Assembly (NCBI RefSeq): GCF_004010195.1
Contig: NC_057750.1
Span: 10,596,643 to 10,637,928, forward strand
Source: Chiloscyllium plagiosum
Taxonomy: Eukaryota
Length of the DNA: 41,286 bases
Direction: 5' to 3'
Positions 23,083 through 35,050 of the stretch are shown here, one piece after another (the first letter of the stretch is position 1; each line of letters begins with the position of its first letter). A program made the position numbers and the translations under genes. Under the pieces are notes generated by a model. The model worked only from the letters and a program-made list of their open reading frames with translations. It was not told the origin of the DNA and did not search any database.

Positions 23083-23612
23083 TAGAGTCATTGAGATGTA
23101 CAGCATGGAAACAGACCCTTCGGTCCAACCTGTCCCCGCCAATCAGATATCCCAACCCAATCTAGTCCCACCTGCCAGCACCTGGCCCATATCCCTCCAA
23201 ACCCTTCCTATTCATATACTCATCCAAATGCCTCTTAAATATTGCAATTGTACCAGCTTGCATCACTTCCTCTGGCAGCTCATTCCATACACGTACCACC
23301 CTCTGTGTGAAAAGGTTTCCCCTTAGGTCTCTTTTATATCTTTCCCCTCTCACCCTAAACCTATGCCCTCTAGTTCTGGACTCTCTGATCCCAGGGAAAA
23401 GACTTTGTCTATTTATCCTATCCATGCCTTCACTATCCTATCTACCTGTGATTCCACTTTCAAGCAGCTATGAATCTGCACTCCAAGGTCTCTTTGTTCA
23501 GCAACACTCCCTAGGACCTTACCATTAAGTGTATAAGTCCTGCTAAGATTTGCTTTCCCAAAATGCAGCACCTCACATTTATCTGAATTAAACTCCATCT
23601 GCCGCTCCTTAG
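23083..23612 (-). mobile_element. CR1 (HER1-like) 3' end with internal deletion
   Basis: MDRINRQSLFPG...WNELPEEV joined directly to MEFNSDKCEVLHFGKAN near 23428. Confidence 0.9.
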
Positions 23613-23787
23613 CACATTACAGGGAGCTAGATCACTTTGGAGACAAAGTGAGTTGCTGCTGTGTCTCTGAGAGGTCAAAGGTAGAAGGGGAAGCTACTGT
23701 GGGCAGTTAAGGACTATGGCAGAACCTGGCATCACACTCAAACCACCACCCACTGAGACTAAGACCTTCAGATCCGGTTCAAAACTC

Positions 23788-24160
23788 AGACCCTTCAGTT
23801 CAACTTGTCCATGCTGACCAGATATCCTAAATTAATCTTGTCCCATTTACCAGCATTTGGCCCACATCCCTCTCAACCCTTCCTATTCATGTGCCCATCC
23901 AGATGACTTTTAAATGTTGTAATTGTACCGCCTCCACCACTTCCTCTGGCAGCTCATTCCATACACAAACCACCCACTGCATGAAAAAGTTGCCCCTCAA
24001 GTCCCTTTTAAATCTTTCCCTTCTCACTTTAAATCTATGCTCTCTAGTTTTGGACTTCCTTACCTTGGGAAAAAGGCCTCGACTATTCACCTTATCCATG
24101 CCCCTCATGATTTCATAAACCTAGGTAAGGTCACTCCTCAGTCTCCAATGCTCCAGAGAA
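23788..24160 (-). mobile_element. CR1 3' fragment
   Basis: MRGMDKVNSRGLFP...WNELPEEVVEA. Confidence 0.88.
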
Positions 24161-24325
24161 AGTTTTGCCTGACAGTTGTTCCCAGCAGTATATATTTGCT
24201 CAGGTACAATAACCAAAACTGACGCAATAATTGAAATTGTCTCAGTGTGAAGCCTAATGATAACTTATGCAGATTTACAACCTACTGTTTGATTGGTGCC
24301 TATTGTGGGGAATCTCAAACTTGAG

Positions 24326-25567
24326 TAAAGTCATAGAGTCATACAGCACGGAAACAGACCCTTTGGTCCAACCAGTCTATGCCGACCATAATCCCAAACT
24401 AAACTAGTCCCACCTGCCTGCTCCTGGCCCATATCCCTGCAAACCTTTCCTATTTGTGTATCTATCCAAATGTCTTTGAATCGTTGTTATTGTATGCGCA
24501 TCCATCACTTTCTCAGGAAATTCATTTCACAGGTGAACCACCCTTTATGTAAAAAAATTGCCCCTCTAAATCTCTCTCCTCTCACCCTAAAATTGTGCCC
24601 CAAGTCTTGAAATCCCCTTTGTTAGGGAAAAGACAACTACCATTAACCCTATCTGTACCTCTGGTTATTTTATAAACTTCTATCAGTTTGCCTCTCCACC
24701 TCCTATGGACTCCAGTGAAAAATGTCCTAGCCTAACCAGCCTTTCTTTATAACTTAAAACCTCCACTCCAGGCTACATCCTGATAAATCTCTTCTGAACC
24801 CTCTCCAGCTTAATAATAACAATGTCCTTCCTATCACTGGGCAACCAGAACTGCACACAGTACACCAAAAGAGGCCTCACCAATGTCCTGTACAACCTCA
24901 ACATGACATCCCAGCTCCTACACTCGAAGGTCTGAGTAATGAAGGCAAGCGTGCTAAATGCCTTTTTAACCACCCTGTCTAAATGTGACACAAATTTCAA
25001 AGAATTATATACCTGCACCCCTAAGTCCTTTTGTTCTACAACACTATCCAAGGCCCTACCATTAATTGTACAAGCTCAACCCTTGTTTGTTGTACCTCAC
25101 ATTTATCCAGATTGAACTCCACCTGCCATTTTTCAGCCCACTGACCCATTTGATCAAATCCCTTTGTATGCTTAGAAAACTTTTTTCACTGTCTGCAATG
25201 ACACCAATTTTGGCGTCATCCGCAAACTTATTAACCATGCTTCTATATTCTCATCCAAATCATTTGTATAAATGACAAACAAAAGAGGAGCCAGAACCAA
25301 TCCCTCTGGAACATTGCTGGTGACAGGCCTCCTGTCCTAAAAGCAATCCTCTTTGTGTCTCCTGCTGTTAATCCGATTATGTATCCAATTAGCATTCACC
25401 CTTAATCCCATGTGACCTAACTTTACTAATTAGTCAACCATGCAGAACCTTGTCAAAGGCTTTAGTAAAATCCAAATAAACAACATCTACTGCTCTGCCC
25501 TCATCAATCTTTTTGGTTACTTCCTCAAAACACTCAATCAAGTTTGTGACTCATGATTTTCCTCTCA
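24326..25567 (-). mobile_element. CR1 LINE, ~1.2 kb 3' part
   Basis: LRLYRTLVRPLLVYCVQFW...KLERVQKRFIRM; FADDAK-like RT motif near 25210-25230; (agtcatag)n tail. Confidence 0.92.
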
Positions 25568-25579
25568 CAAAAAAGAACA

Positions 25580-26155
25580 AAGGAACATTCATTTAAAACT
25601 GAGATATGAAGGAATTTCTTCTCCTGGAGGGCAGTGAATGTTTGGAATTCTCCCCCCCAGACAGCTGTGGAGGCTAAATCACTTATAGTATTTAAATAGA
25701 TGGTAGATAGATTTTTGAAATTACAGGGACATGAGGGCTTATGAAGAGCAGGCAATTTGAGGGTATCAGCGATGATCTTACAGTATGGTAGGGGAAAGGT
25801 GAGGGGCTGAGTGGCCTGAAACCATAACAAGTAGGAGCAGAAATAAGCCATTTGGCCCTTGAGTCCACTGTGCTACTCAATGGAATTGTGGCTGATAATC
25901 CTCAACTTTCCTGTTTTTTCCTTCAATTTCCTTAACAGATGAAAAATTTGTTTATCTCAGCCTTGAAAATAGTTAATGATCCAGCCTTGACAGTCCTCTG
26001 CAGTAAAGAGCTCCCTCCCCCTGACAGAAGAGATTCCTCTTCATCTTATCCTAATGCTCACCCTCCTCTGTCTTAAATAGGTGCTCCCTTACTCTGAGAT
26101 GATGTCCTCTGGTCATAGGCTCTCCCACAGGGGAACCGTGTCTACTTTGTCAAGG
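25580..26155. mobile_element. Two old CR1 3' fragments tail-to-tail (+ ~25580-25820, - ~25820-26155)
   Basis: WNSP/WNSL-type remnants on opposite strands converge near 25820. Confidence 0.65.
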
Positions 26156-27089
26156 TCAGCTTCTGCTTGCATTTATGTTCCTAAGTACTGTTTGTTTTAT
26201 AATTATTTTTTCTAAAGAGTGCATTACCTAAATACTGAAAATGATTGGCTCATTAAAAAGAGTCAAAACATTGGGAATCTCTAGTTGCTGGAGAATTTCT
26301 GTTGGTTAAATGACAGGGGTGACACAAAGAGTCCTGTAACAGAAATGTGAGGGTTTGTTTGAAGACAAAGAGGTGTTGGCAGCAGAAAGTGCTAGAGAAG
26401 CTCAGCAGGTCTGGCAGCCTCTGTGCAGAGAGAAACAGAGTTAAAGTTTTGCATTTGGTATTACTGTTCTGAACTGAGGAACAGAGTTCTGAAGAAGAGT
26501 CACCAGGTTTGAAATGTTGGCTGTGTTCCTCTCTCCATAGAGGTTGCCAGACCTGCTGAATAACTCAGCACTTCCTGGTTTTATTTCGGATCGCCAGCAT
26601 TCTGGATGTAGGTTTGCTTACTGAGCTGGAAGGTTTGTTTTCAGACGTTTCGTCATCATACTAGATAGCATCTTCAGTCAGCCTCCAGATGAAGCACTGG
26701 AGGTGTAGCCCAGTTTTTATTTATATGTTTGGGTTTCCTTGGGTTTGTGATGTCATTTCGTATGGTGACATCATTTCCTACTGTGATGTAATTTCCTGTT
26801 CTTTTTCTTAGGAGGTGGTAAATGGGATCAAAATCAATGTGTTTGTTGATATCTGAGAAAAAGAACAGGAAATGACATCATCATAGGAAATGGCATCACA
26901 AACCCAAGGAAACCCAAACATATAAATAGAAAGTGGGCTACACCGCCAGTGCTTCATCTGGAGGCTGAATGAAGATATTATGGGAGAGGTTTTTAACCCA
27001 GGTGTGTGTTGTAGTGTCCTCTTTGTTGTGTGTTAGTTTGCCCATTTCTTTCTTTTAGTGCCGTTTTTTTGCGGTGTGTTGTCCTATTC

Positions 27090-27328
27090 GAGGACAACAG
27101 AACGAGGACATACCACAACCAAAAGGACTAGCCACACTACCATACATCAGGAGCATCTCGGAACTGACAGCCAGACTACTGCGACCCCTAGGACTCATAA
27201 CGGCACACAAACCAACAGCCACGCTCAGACAACAACTCACCAGAACGAAGGACCCGATACCCAACATGAGCAAAACTAATGTAGTGTACAAAATACCATG
27301 CAAGGACTGCACAAAACACTATATAGGA
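27090..27328 (+). pseudogene. Penelope ORF fragment: linker and start of GIY-YIG endonuclease
   Basis: LATLPYIRSISELTARLLRPLGLITAHKPTATLRQQLTRTKDP...NVVYKIPCKDCTKHYIG, the typical PLE VVYxIPCxxC..YIG motif; truncated by an inversion at 27329. Confidence 0.9.
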
Positions 27329-27432
27329 CTTCTTTGATGTTTCCTCCGGTTTTTATCGTGGTCTGTCCCTGCCGCTTCCGGTTGTAATCTCTGGAGGAAA
27401 CATCAAAGAAGCGCTTCGCAGGAGGCTCCCAA

Positions 27433-27472
27433 GCACTGATGATGTCGCCTAGCCAGGGGATGAAACGTTTGC
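27433..27472 (+). ncRNA. Minimal type I hammerhead ribozyme motif in Penelope pseudo-LTR
   Basis: GCA CTGATGA T GTCGCC TAGCCA GGGGAT GAAAC GTT TGC: stem I GCA/UGC, intact core, stem II 5 of 6 pairs. Confidence 0.7.
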
Positions 27473-27863
27473 AACAAAAACTTCCAGCTCGGCGAACAGA
27501 ACCACAACAACGAGAACCCGAGCTACAAATCTTTGCACAAACTTTGAAGATATTATCCAGTATGGTGACGAAACAAGTGAAAACAAACCTTCCAGCTCAG
27601 CAAGCAAACCTACATCCAGAACGTCAACCTGAGCTACAAATCTTCTCAAAACTCGCTAAGATTTCCAGCATCTGCAATGTTTTGCTTTTATTGGTGTTGT
27701 TGAGCCTAAAGCCAACATTGGAGGATTAGCAATTCCTAGGCTCTTGTGCTCGTGAAGAAAAGAGGCCGAACTATATTTGTGCAGCTTTGTACTCTGAACT
27801 TGGCAGAAACAGCCTCCCTATGCCTCCTTCCTTCTCCCTCTTTTACACATGCCATCCTGTGCT

Positions 27864-28220
27864 CACAGAATCCCTACAGTGCAGGTACAGGCTATTTGGC
27901 CCATTAAGTCCACACCAACCCTCTGAAGAGCATCCCACCCAGACCCAACCACCCTCATTCCCGTAACACCACATTTCTCATAGCTGGCCTGCCTAGCCTG
28001 CACATTCCTCGACACTATGGGGCAACTTAGCATAGCCAATCCACCTAACCTGCACATCTTTGGACTGTGGGAGGAAAAACACACACACACACGCACAGAC
28101 ACAGGAGAATGTGCAAACTCCACACAGTGAGTCCCCAAGGGTGAAATCGGACCCAGGTCCCTGGCGCAGTGAGATAGGACTGCTAACCACTGACCCGCCG
28201 TACAACCGGTGTTGTGCCAT
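27864..28220 (-). mobile_element. HE1-like V-SINE
   Basis: V-domain and CR1-like tail gtagggattct; short (CA)n expansion inside. Confidence 0.85.
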
Positions 28221-28424
28221 CTTGGGAGCTCCTGATCCTCCCTTACTCCTTGGACACAGTTCAGAGTGAGCAATGGGGAGGAAAGGGGCTGAAAGTCCAA
28301 GGTTCCATTCAGACACCAAAGCTGTGAACAGTTTGACTCCAATCAAGAGAGTGGTCTGGGAGAGACAGGGAGTATTTCGAAGTTGATGGCTTTGACTCTC
28401 TTACCTAATTGAGGTTTTCAAATA

Positions 28425-28795
28425 GGTGAGGTGATGGTGTAGTGGTAATGTCCCTGGACTCATCGTTCTGAAATCCAGATTAATGCTCTGGGAGTATGGG
28501 TTCAAATCCTGCCATGTGGATGGTGAAATCTGAATTTAATAAAATCTGGAATTTAAAATGAGTCTAATGATGACTATGTAACCACTATCAATTGATGACT
28601 GTAAAACTATCATTGATTATTGTAGGAACGCATTGTGTTTAATAATGTCCTTTAGGGAAGGAAATCTGCCATCCTCACCTGATCTGTCCCTCACGTGACT
28701 CCAATATGGTTGACTTTTAACTGTCCTATGGGCAATTAAGGATGGGCAATAAATGCTGGACTAGCCAGTGATATCAATGTCCCAATTACTAATAA
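28425..28795 (+). mobile_element. Near full-length tRNA-derived SINE
   Basis: tggtgtagtgg A box, gggttcaaatcc B box, tail ggcaattaaggatgggcaataaatgctgg. Confidence 0.82.
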
Positions 28796-29594
28796 AGAGA
28801 TGTGAATTTAGGAGTTAAAGAGAAATTCTTTCCTCAGATGAGGCAAGTGGAGAAAAAAGGGGACATAATCTTAAAATTAGAATGGGATCATTCAGAGGAA
28901 GGAGACGGGAAGTGCATCTTTATATGACGGGCAGTGGGAGTCAGAAATTCTCTCCAGTGAAAAGCTGTTGAAACTGGGGAAAGTAGGGGAGGTGATCAAT
29001 GCTAAAGGTGAGGTTGAAGAAAGATATTGGGGAAATGCAGGAATGTAGAGTTGAGATTAAAATCAGATCAGCCATCATGTTATTGAATGGCGGAGCAGGC
29101 TCGAAGGGCTGAATGGCCTGCTCTTGTTCCTTGTTGGTATGTGATGGGAATCAAATGGAGAGGTTCTAGCCATCTGAAAGCTCGCTATGTACAGTGTGCA
29201 GTGATGGTTAAAAGGCCACAACAAACAATGTATCTCATCCCTGTAAAGACATCCGACATGAGAAATTGTTTAACAAAATTACAAATGTATAAAATTTCTC
29301 ACATGTACTCTCCAATGGAACCTGATGACTGTGACAACCCATACACATGCAGTTGCAAATATTCCACTGAGCAACACAACAGAAAACACACTAGGGATTG
29401 AACATGTGCTGATCCGGGAGTACATTACAACTGAGTGTGTCAGGGACCTGGGTTCAAATACCGCCATGGCAGATGATGGAATTTGAATTCAATAAATAAA
29501 ATCTGGAATTAAGAATCTAATGATGATCATGAAACCATTGTCAATTGTCGGAAAAAAACCTGTCTGGTTCACTAATGTCCTGCCGGGCAAGAAG

Positions 29595-30130
29595 GTTCCA
29601 GAACCAAGGGTCATAGTCTAAGGATACAGGGTAGGCCATTTAGGGCTGAGATGAGGAGAGATGTCTTCACGCAGAGAGTGGGGGAACCTGTGGAATTCTC
29701 TTCCACAGAAAGCGATTGAGGTCAAAACATTGAATGTTTTCAGGAAGGAGTTAGATACAGTTCTTAAGGCAGAAGGGATCACAGAGTCTGGGGAAACAGT
29801 TGGAACAGTGATTGAGTTGGATACAAAAACAGAAATTGCCAGAAAATCTCAGCAGGTCTGGCAGCATCTGTGGAGAGAGAAAGCAGATTGAATATCTGCC
29901 AGTCTCGCTTCTGAAGAAGGGTCAGTGGACCTGAAACGTTAACTCTGGTTTCTCTCCAGAGATGCTGCCCGACCTGCTGAGATTTTCCCAGCAATTTCTG
30001 GTTTTGTTTCTGACTTCCAGCACCTGCTTTTCATTTACTGAGCAGGATGATCAGCCATCATCATATTGAATGGTAGATAAAGCTTGAAGGTCTGAATGGT
30101 CTCCTGTTCCTAGTTTGTATGTTTCTATAT
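29595..30130 (+). mobile_element. CR1 3' fragment interrupted at 29823-30036 by a fold-back Penelope-derived element
   Basis: LWNSLPQKAIEVKTLNVFRKELD; the CR1 tail resumes near 30040; imperfect repeat at 29811-29822 and 30037-30048 (9/12). Confidence 0.78.
29909..29942 (+). ncRNA. Minimal hammerhead motif
   Basis: TT CTGAAGA A GGGTC AGTG GACCT GAAAC GTT AA: intact core and stem II, only a 2-bp stem I here (AGTT/AACT in the copy near 38265-38302). Confidence 0.55.
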
Positions 30131-30149
30131 GACAGTAAGCTGATGCTCT

Positions 30150-30550
30150 GACATCTTAATGGTGCTGGCTGAAGGATGGAAACTGTTTGTGGCACCTGCC
30201 TGCTGTTCTTTGAAATGGTGTTCTGCAGTCTTTTACGTCGACTGGAGCAGGCAAATGGGGGACCTCACCCAAAAGGCAGCACCTCAGACAGTTCTGCACC
30301 TCCCACAGAGCAGCCCCTGCCCAGAGCAGTCCCACCCTGAGTAGCCCTCCCACAGTGTAGCCACACCCACTTTGCAGCCCCTCCCACAGAGCAGCTCCTC
30401 CCAATGTACAGCCCTAACTCCAGAGTAGCCCCTCCCACAGTGCAGTCCCTCCCCCACTCCGCTGTATTGGCCGTACCAGCCTCGGTGCCTCTGCTCAAGC
30501 CCTTGAGTGGGATTTGACCTGGGGGCCCTGTGATATAGAGATGAGCCTCC
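30150..30550 (-). mobile_element. Deu-domain SINE remnant with internal minisatellite
   Basis: Minus strand gaggtgctgccttttgggtgag...gacgtaaaagactgc resembles the Deu core; tandem array at ~30295-30455. Confidence 0.6.
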
Positions 30551-30654
30551 CAGTTCAGCTCCAGCCAAGGGAAAGTAACTGGAGCTGCCAGTAACCTGGA
30601 ATGGGGGAGGCAAACCTTTGTGTCACATCCGATGTCTACTGTCAGCCAGTTGAG

Positions 30655-31200
30655 ATCATAAGGCATTGGAGCAAAAGTAGTCCATTCAGCCCATTGAGTG
30701 TACTCCACCATTCAAGGAGATCATTGCCAGTCTGCATTCTGAATTCCTGTCTTTTCCCTTAATTCTTGAATCCCTGACTAATTAAAAATCTATTTCAGCC
30801 TCCAACATATTAATGACACAGCCTCGACAGCCTTCTGTGGTAAAGAATTCTGCAGATACACTACTCTCTGAGAGAAGAAATTCCTCCTTGTCTTTGTCTT
30901 AACTATGTGACTCCTTCCTCTGAGATGATGTCCCCTGGCCTTAGACCATCCTACATGGGTAAACATCCTCCCCGTATCTACTTTGTCAAATCACCCAAGA
31001 CTCCTGCATGTATCAATAAGGTCTCCTCTTATTCTTCTACATTCCAATGAATACAGATCCAAACTACTCAATCTCTCCCCGTTAGACTGTTCCCTCTATA
31101 TAGATCTCAGTCTAGTGACCCTTATCTGGACTGCATCCAATGTCAGTACATCTTTCCTTAGATAAGGGGACCAAAAGAGTTCACAGTATTCTAGCTGTGA
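30655..31200 (-). mobile_element. Older CR1 3' fragment
   Basis: CR1 tail and gaagaaattcctcct / ggggaccaaaa remnants. Confidence 0.78.
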
Positions 31201-31204
31201 CAAA

Positions 31205-31765
31205 GAACATAGAACATAGAAAAGTACAGCACAGAACAGGCCCTTTAACCCACAATGTTGTGCTGAGGTTTAATCCTAATGTAAAATATAATAACGTAAC
31301 CTATGCACCCCTCAACTCACTGCCATTTCATGTGCATGTCCAGCAGTCGCTTAAATGTCCCTAATGACTCTGCTTCCACCACCACCACTGGCAATGCATT
31401 CCATGCGTTCACAACTCTCTGTGTAAAGAACCTTCCTCTGACGTCTCCTCTATACCTTTCCCCTAATATCTTAAAACTATGACCCCGTCTTACCTATCAA
31501 TCCTGCCCTGGGGAAAAATCTCTGGCTATTGACTCTATCTATTCCTCTCATTATCTTGTACACCTTGGTCAGGTTTCCTCTCTTCCTCCTTCTCTCCAGA
31601 GAGAAAAGTCCGAGCTTCTTCAACCTTTCTTCATGAGGCAAGCCCTCCAGTCCAGGCAGCATCCTGGTAAACCTTCTTTGCACCGTCTTCAAAGCCTCTG
31701 TACCTTTCCTATAGTAGGGCGACCAGAACTGGACACAATACTCCAAGTGTGGTCTCGCCAGGGAC
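31205..31765 (-). mobile_element. Younger CR1 3' end
   Basis: [20 protein letters not shown]...[12 protein letters not shown]...[10 protein letters not shown]; (aacatag)n tail. Confidence 0.92.
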
Positions 31766-32329
31766 ATTAACCTGAAGCCCCTTTTGCCCCCTCTGAGGCA
31801 GATATTAAAGATGTCATTGCACTAATTTCAGTGCCAATTTCTGCCCTGTATCCCAGACAACCAGATCCCTCACACATGCCAGGTTATCTGTCGTTTTTTG
31901 TGAGAGATGGCTTTACTCAAATTTGCTGTTTCTCTCTCCCAGAGATCCCTTGAGAGTAAGGTTCTGTCTTTGATGTAAATGAGATGCCTCATCAGGAGAT
32001 TAACTGAAACATCTCAGGCTAGGTATCAAAGCACAACTAAGTTGTGACTGTCTAATTATTGAGCTTCTCAATAACCGGTTCAGCCTGCTGAAGCATATCA
32101 TTAGGAGAGGGAAATTGCACGTTGCTGCGTAGATTAAGGATGCCGGAATGTTCCCTCGCCTTAAACTTCTCACTTGTTCAAAGCCAAGTGGTTGGGTGAG
32201 ACGTCAAGGTACCTTTGAATTGGCTGTTTTGGTGGCTGTCGGAACATGTCACCCTGAGCTCCCGAGAGCAGAGGTTTCAGAGAACTAGCTGACAGGCAGC
32301 AGAGTACCTGGGGATGTATTTTGCACAAC

Positions 32330-32925
32330 TGCACGTATGTGTCATGTATATGTGCTTGTGTGTGTATGCATATACACATGTAATTGCGTGTGTATGTCTG
32401 CACATGTCTATACGCCTGAGACTGCATCTCCCATGTGATTGCATAGATACACATGAATGCATATGTAAGTGTGCGCTTCTGAATCTGTGTGCACATGCAT
32501 ATATACATGTTTCTGTATGCTTGAGGATGTGTAAATGTACTCAAGGTCTGTATGTTTGTACATCTGGATGTGGTTATTTCTTGTGTATGTGTTGCCACAC
32601 CTGTCTGAGTGCATGGATATGCAGAAGTATGTGTGCATTTCTGAATAAGTGTACATGAATATACAAATATGTATGCAGCCGTGTATGTGTGATCGCATGT
32701 GTGTGCATGTGCTTGTTTGTGCAGGTGTGCTTGCGTCTGTATGTGAGTACACACATTTAAGCGTGTACACATGTGTATGTGTGTTGCCATTGCCTGTTTA
32801 TGTGTGTATCTGCAACAGTGTAACTGTTCACTTAACAGTACAGATTTGTGTACACTTGTGTGTACACATGTGTACATGTGCACGTATGTATGTGAGCGTG
32901 TGATTGCATGTGTGTATATGTGCAG
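32330..32925. repeat. Degenerate alternating purine-pyrimidine (TG/CA/TA) low-complexity tract; continues at 33605-33712
   Basis: Visible directly; it produces the spurious Cys/Val/Met- and His/Thr-rich ORFs. Confidence 0.9.
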
Positions 32926-33605
32926 AGTTAATGGAGCTGAGGTGGAGAGGGTTGAAAGCGTCAAGTTCCTAGTCGTGACAATAATCAACAATCTGTCCTC
33001 GACTTCCCATCTAGATGTGACGGTCAAGATGGCACAACAACGCCTCTTCTTCCTCAGGAGGCTTAGGAAATTCAGCAAGTTCATAAAGACCCTCGCCAGC
33101 TTTTACAGATGCACCACAGGAAGCATTCCATCTGGATGCATCACGGCTTGGTACGGCAACTACTCTGCCCAGGACCATAAGAAACCACAGAAAGTTTCAG
33201 TGAACACAGCCCAGACTGTCACAAAAGCCAGCCTCCCATCTATGGACTCCATCCACACTTCCCGTTTGCAGTGGAAAGGCTGCCAACATCATCAGGGACC
33301 CCTCCCACCCTGGTAATTTTCTCTTCCAACCTCTTCCATCAGGCAGAAGATACAGAAGCTCAAACACATGCACCAACAGGTTCAAGACCAGCTTCTTCCC
33401 TGCTGTTATTAGATTGCTGAATGGATTTCTCTAATTTCAAATCAAATGTTGATCTTGCTTTTGCTCACCTCCTGTGCAGCTGTAACTTTGTATGCTTCAC
33501 TCTGTCTAATCACCTTATGATCTGTATGTCCTTGTTTGCTACGATCTACCTGTACTGCTCACAAAACCTGTACTTAGGTACGTGTGACAACAATAAATCA
33601 AAACA
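32926..33605 (+). mobile_element. Rex1/Babar-type LINE 3' end
   Basis: NGAEVERVESVKFL...KMAQQRLFFLRRLRKF...FYRCT...GCITAWYGN (DUF1891-like C-terminus); tail gacaacaataaatcaaa. Confidence 0.82.
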
Positions 33606-33859
33606 AACATGTTTCCACACCTATGTATATGCACACATTATTGTGCATGAGTGTGTGCCCGCGTGTTTGCATGTGTGCATGCGTGTGCGACACGTGCACG
33701 TGTGTATGCAAGTGATTCCAGACCCAAGGCAATGTAGATGACTCTGAAATGGCCCCAACAAGCTGCTCAGTTCACGGTCAGTTAAGGATGGGCAACAAAT
33801 ACTGACCTTACCAGCAACATCCACATCTCACAAAGGTGTTAAAAGATCAAAGCTCTCCA

Positions 33860-34210
33860 TGAAGTGCAGCGTACTGTGAGGTGCAACATTGTCGTAGGTG
33901 CTGTCTTTCAGATGAGGCAGTAGATTGAGCCCTGACCCGACCTCTCACGGGGACATAAGAGATCCTATGACATTATTTTGAAGGTGAGTGGGGTGAGATT
34001 TCCCCTGACCCTACCCCAAGTCCCCTGGCCCACATCCATTCCTTCGAAACCGCAGTATCATTATTGTCGCGTTGCTGTTTGTGGGAATTGCTGTACGTGA
34101 ATTGACTGAGGCGTTTCCCACATGACAATTGTGACAGTGTTTCAAAAATAAATTGGCTCTTAAAACCCTGAGGTCAGCAAAGGCACTACATAAATGCAAG
34201 TCTTTCTTTC
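33860..34210 (+). mobile_element. Deu-domain SINE (SacSINE1/AmnSINE1-related)
   Basis: ggtgctgtctttcagatgag...gatcctatgaca...ttgctgtttgtggga...aaaggcactacataaatgcaagtctttcttt. Confidence 0.75.
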
Positions 34211-35050
34211 TCCCCTTTGGCCCGGTCAGAATGGTTTGTGGTCAGTCGGGGAGTTGCCGTCTGACAGAGGTGGGTTTCCTGTTTTTGTTTGAATGGATTG
34301 TTCTAGATCTGCATGGGCATCACTGGCTGAGCCAGTGTTCATTGACCCCGTCCCTAACCTCAGTGCCCCAGCGAAGGGGCACCAGACTGCCCACATCCCC
34401 TGACAGTGAGGCACCCTTGAATGAAACAGACGCTTGCCAATTCCATACAGGATCAGGCTGTTCACGGAGACAGAGCCAATCGTTCCACAAAAGTGACTTG
34501 CTCATTCTCAGAACTTTTGATGATAGCAGCCAGGCCACATCTGGATGGTTTCTGGGTGAGGGTGTCTCAGGCATCATTCAGGGATCATGTTGTCTCATCC
34601 AAGACATGTGTGAGGAGGCCAAGACAACCACAAAGATCTTGATTGCAGCAAGATTTCGCTCAGAGGCTGGCTTCTTCCAGTAGCTGGGCTGGAGGCGAGG
34701 ACTCTGTCCAGGAATGAGTTGAAATCACAAACTGGTGAAACTGACGTACACAAAACGATATGTCGGGGTAAGTGACTCAATCGTGTTGGAGCTCGGAGTT
34801 TCTTATTTTGGATTTTGGGCACGTTTTCTATCAGAAAAGTTCCTGCTATTTAAATTCTTTTATGTATCCATTTGAGGGATGTGAGCTTCACTGCCTCGGA
34901 CATCATTTGTTGCCCATTCCAAGTTGCCCTCGAGTGGGTGGTGGTGAACCGCTGCAGTCTTTGGGATGCAGGTAGACCCACAATGTTCTTAAGGAGGATT
35001 TAAACCCAGACACAATGAAGGAATTAGTGTTGCAAGGACAATGCAACAGA

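Larger units (their letters stand above)
26385..27690. mobile_element. Three nested Penelope-like elements
   Basis: Outer 26385-26600 + 27659-27690; middle palindromic 26601-26981 + 27545-27658; inner 26982-27544. Each junction has a direct repeat. Confidence 0.78.

Noticed and set aside
32170..33084. 304-aa minus-strand ORF, the longest in the track
   Set aside because: It is the antisense of a Rex1/Babar fragment plus a low-complexity CA/TG tract; the His/Thr richness is a repeat artefact.
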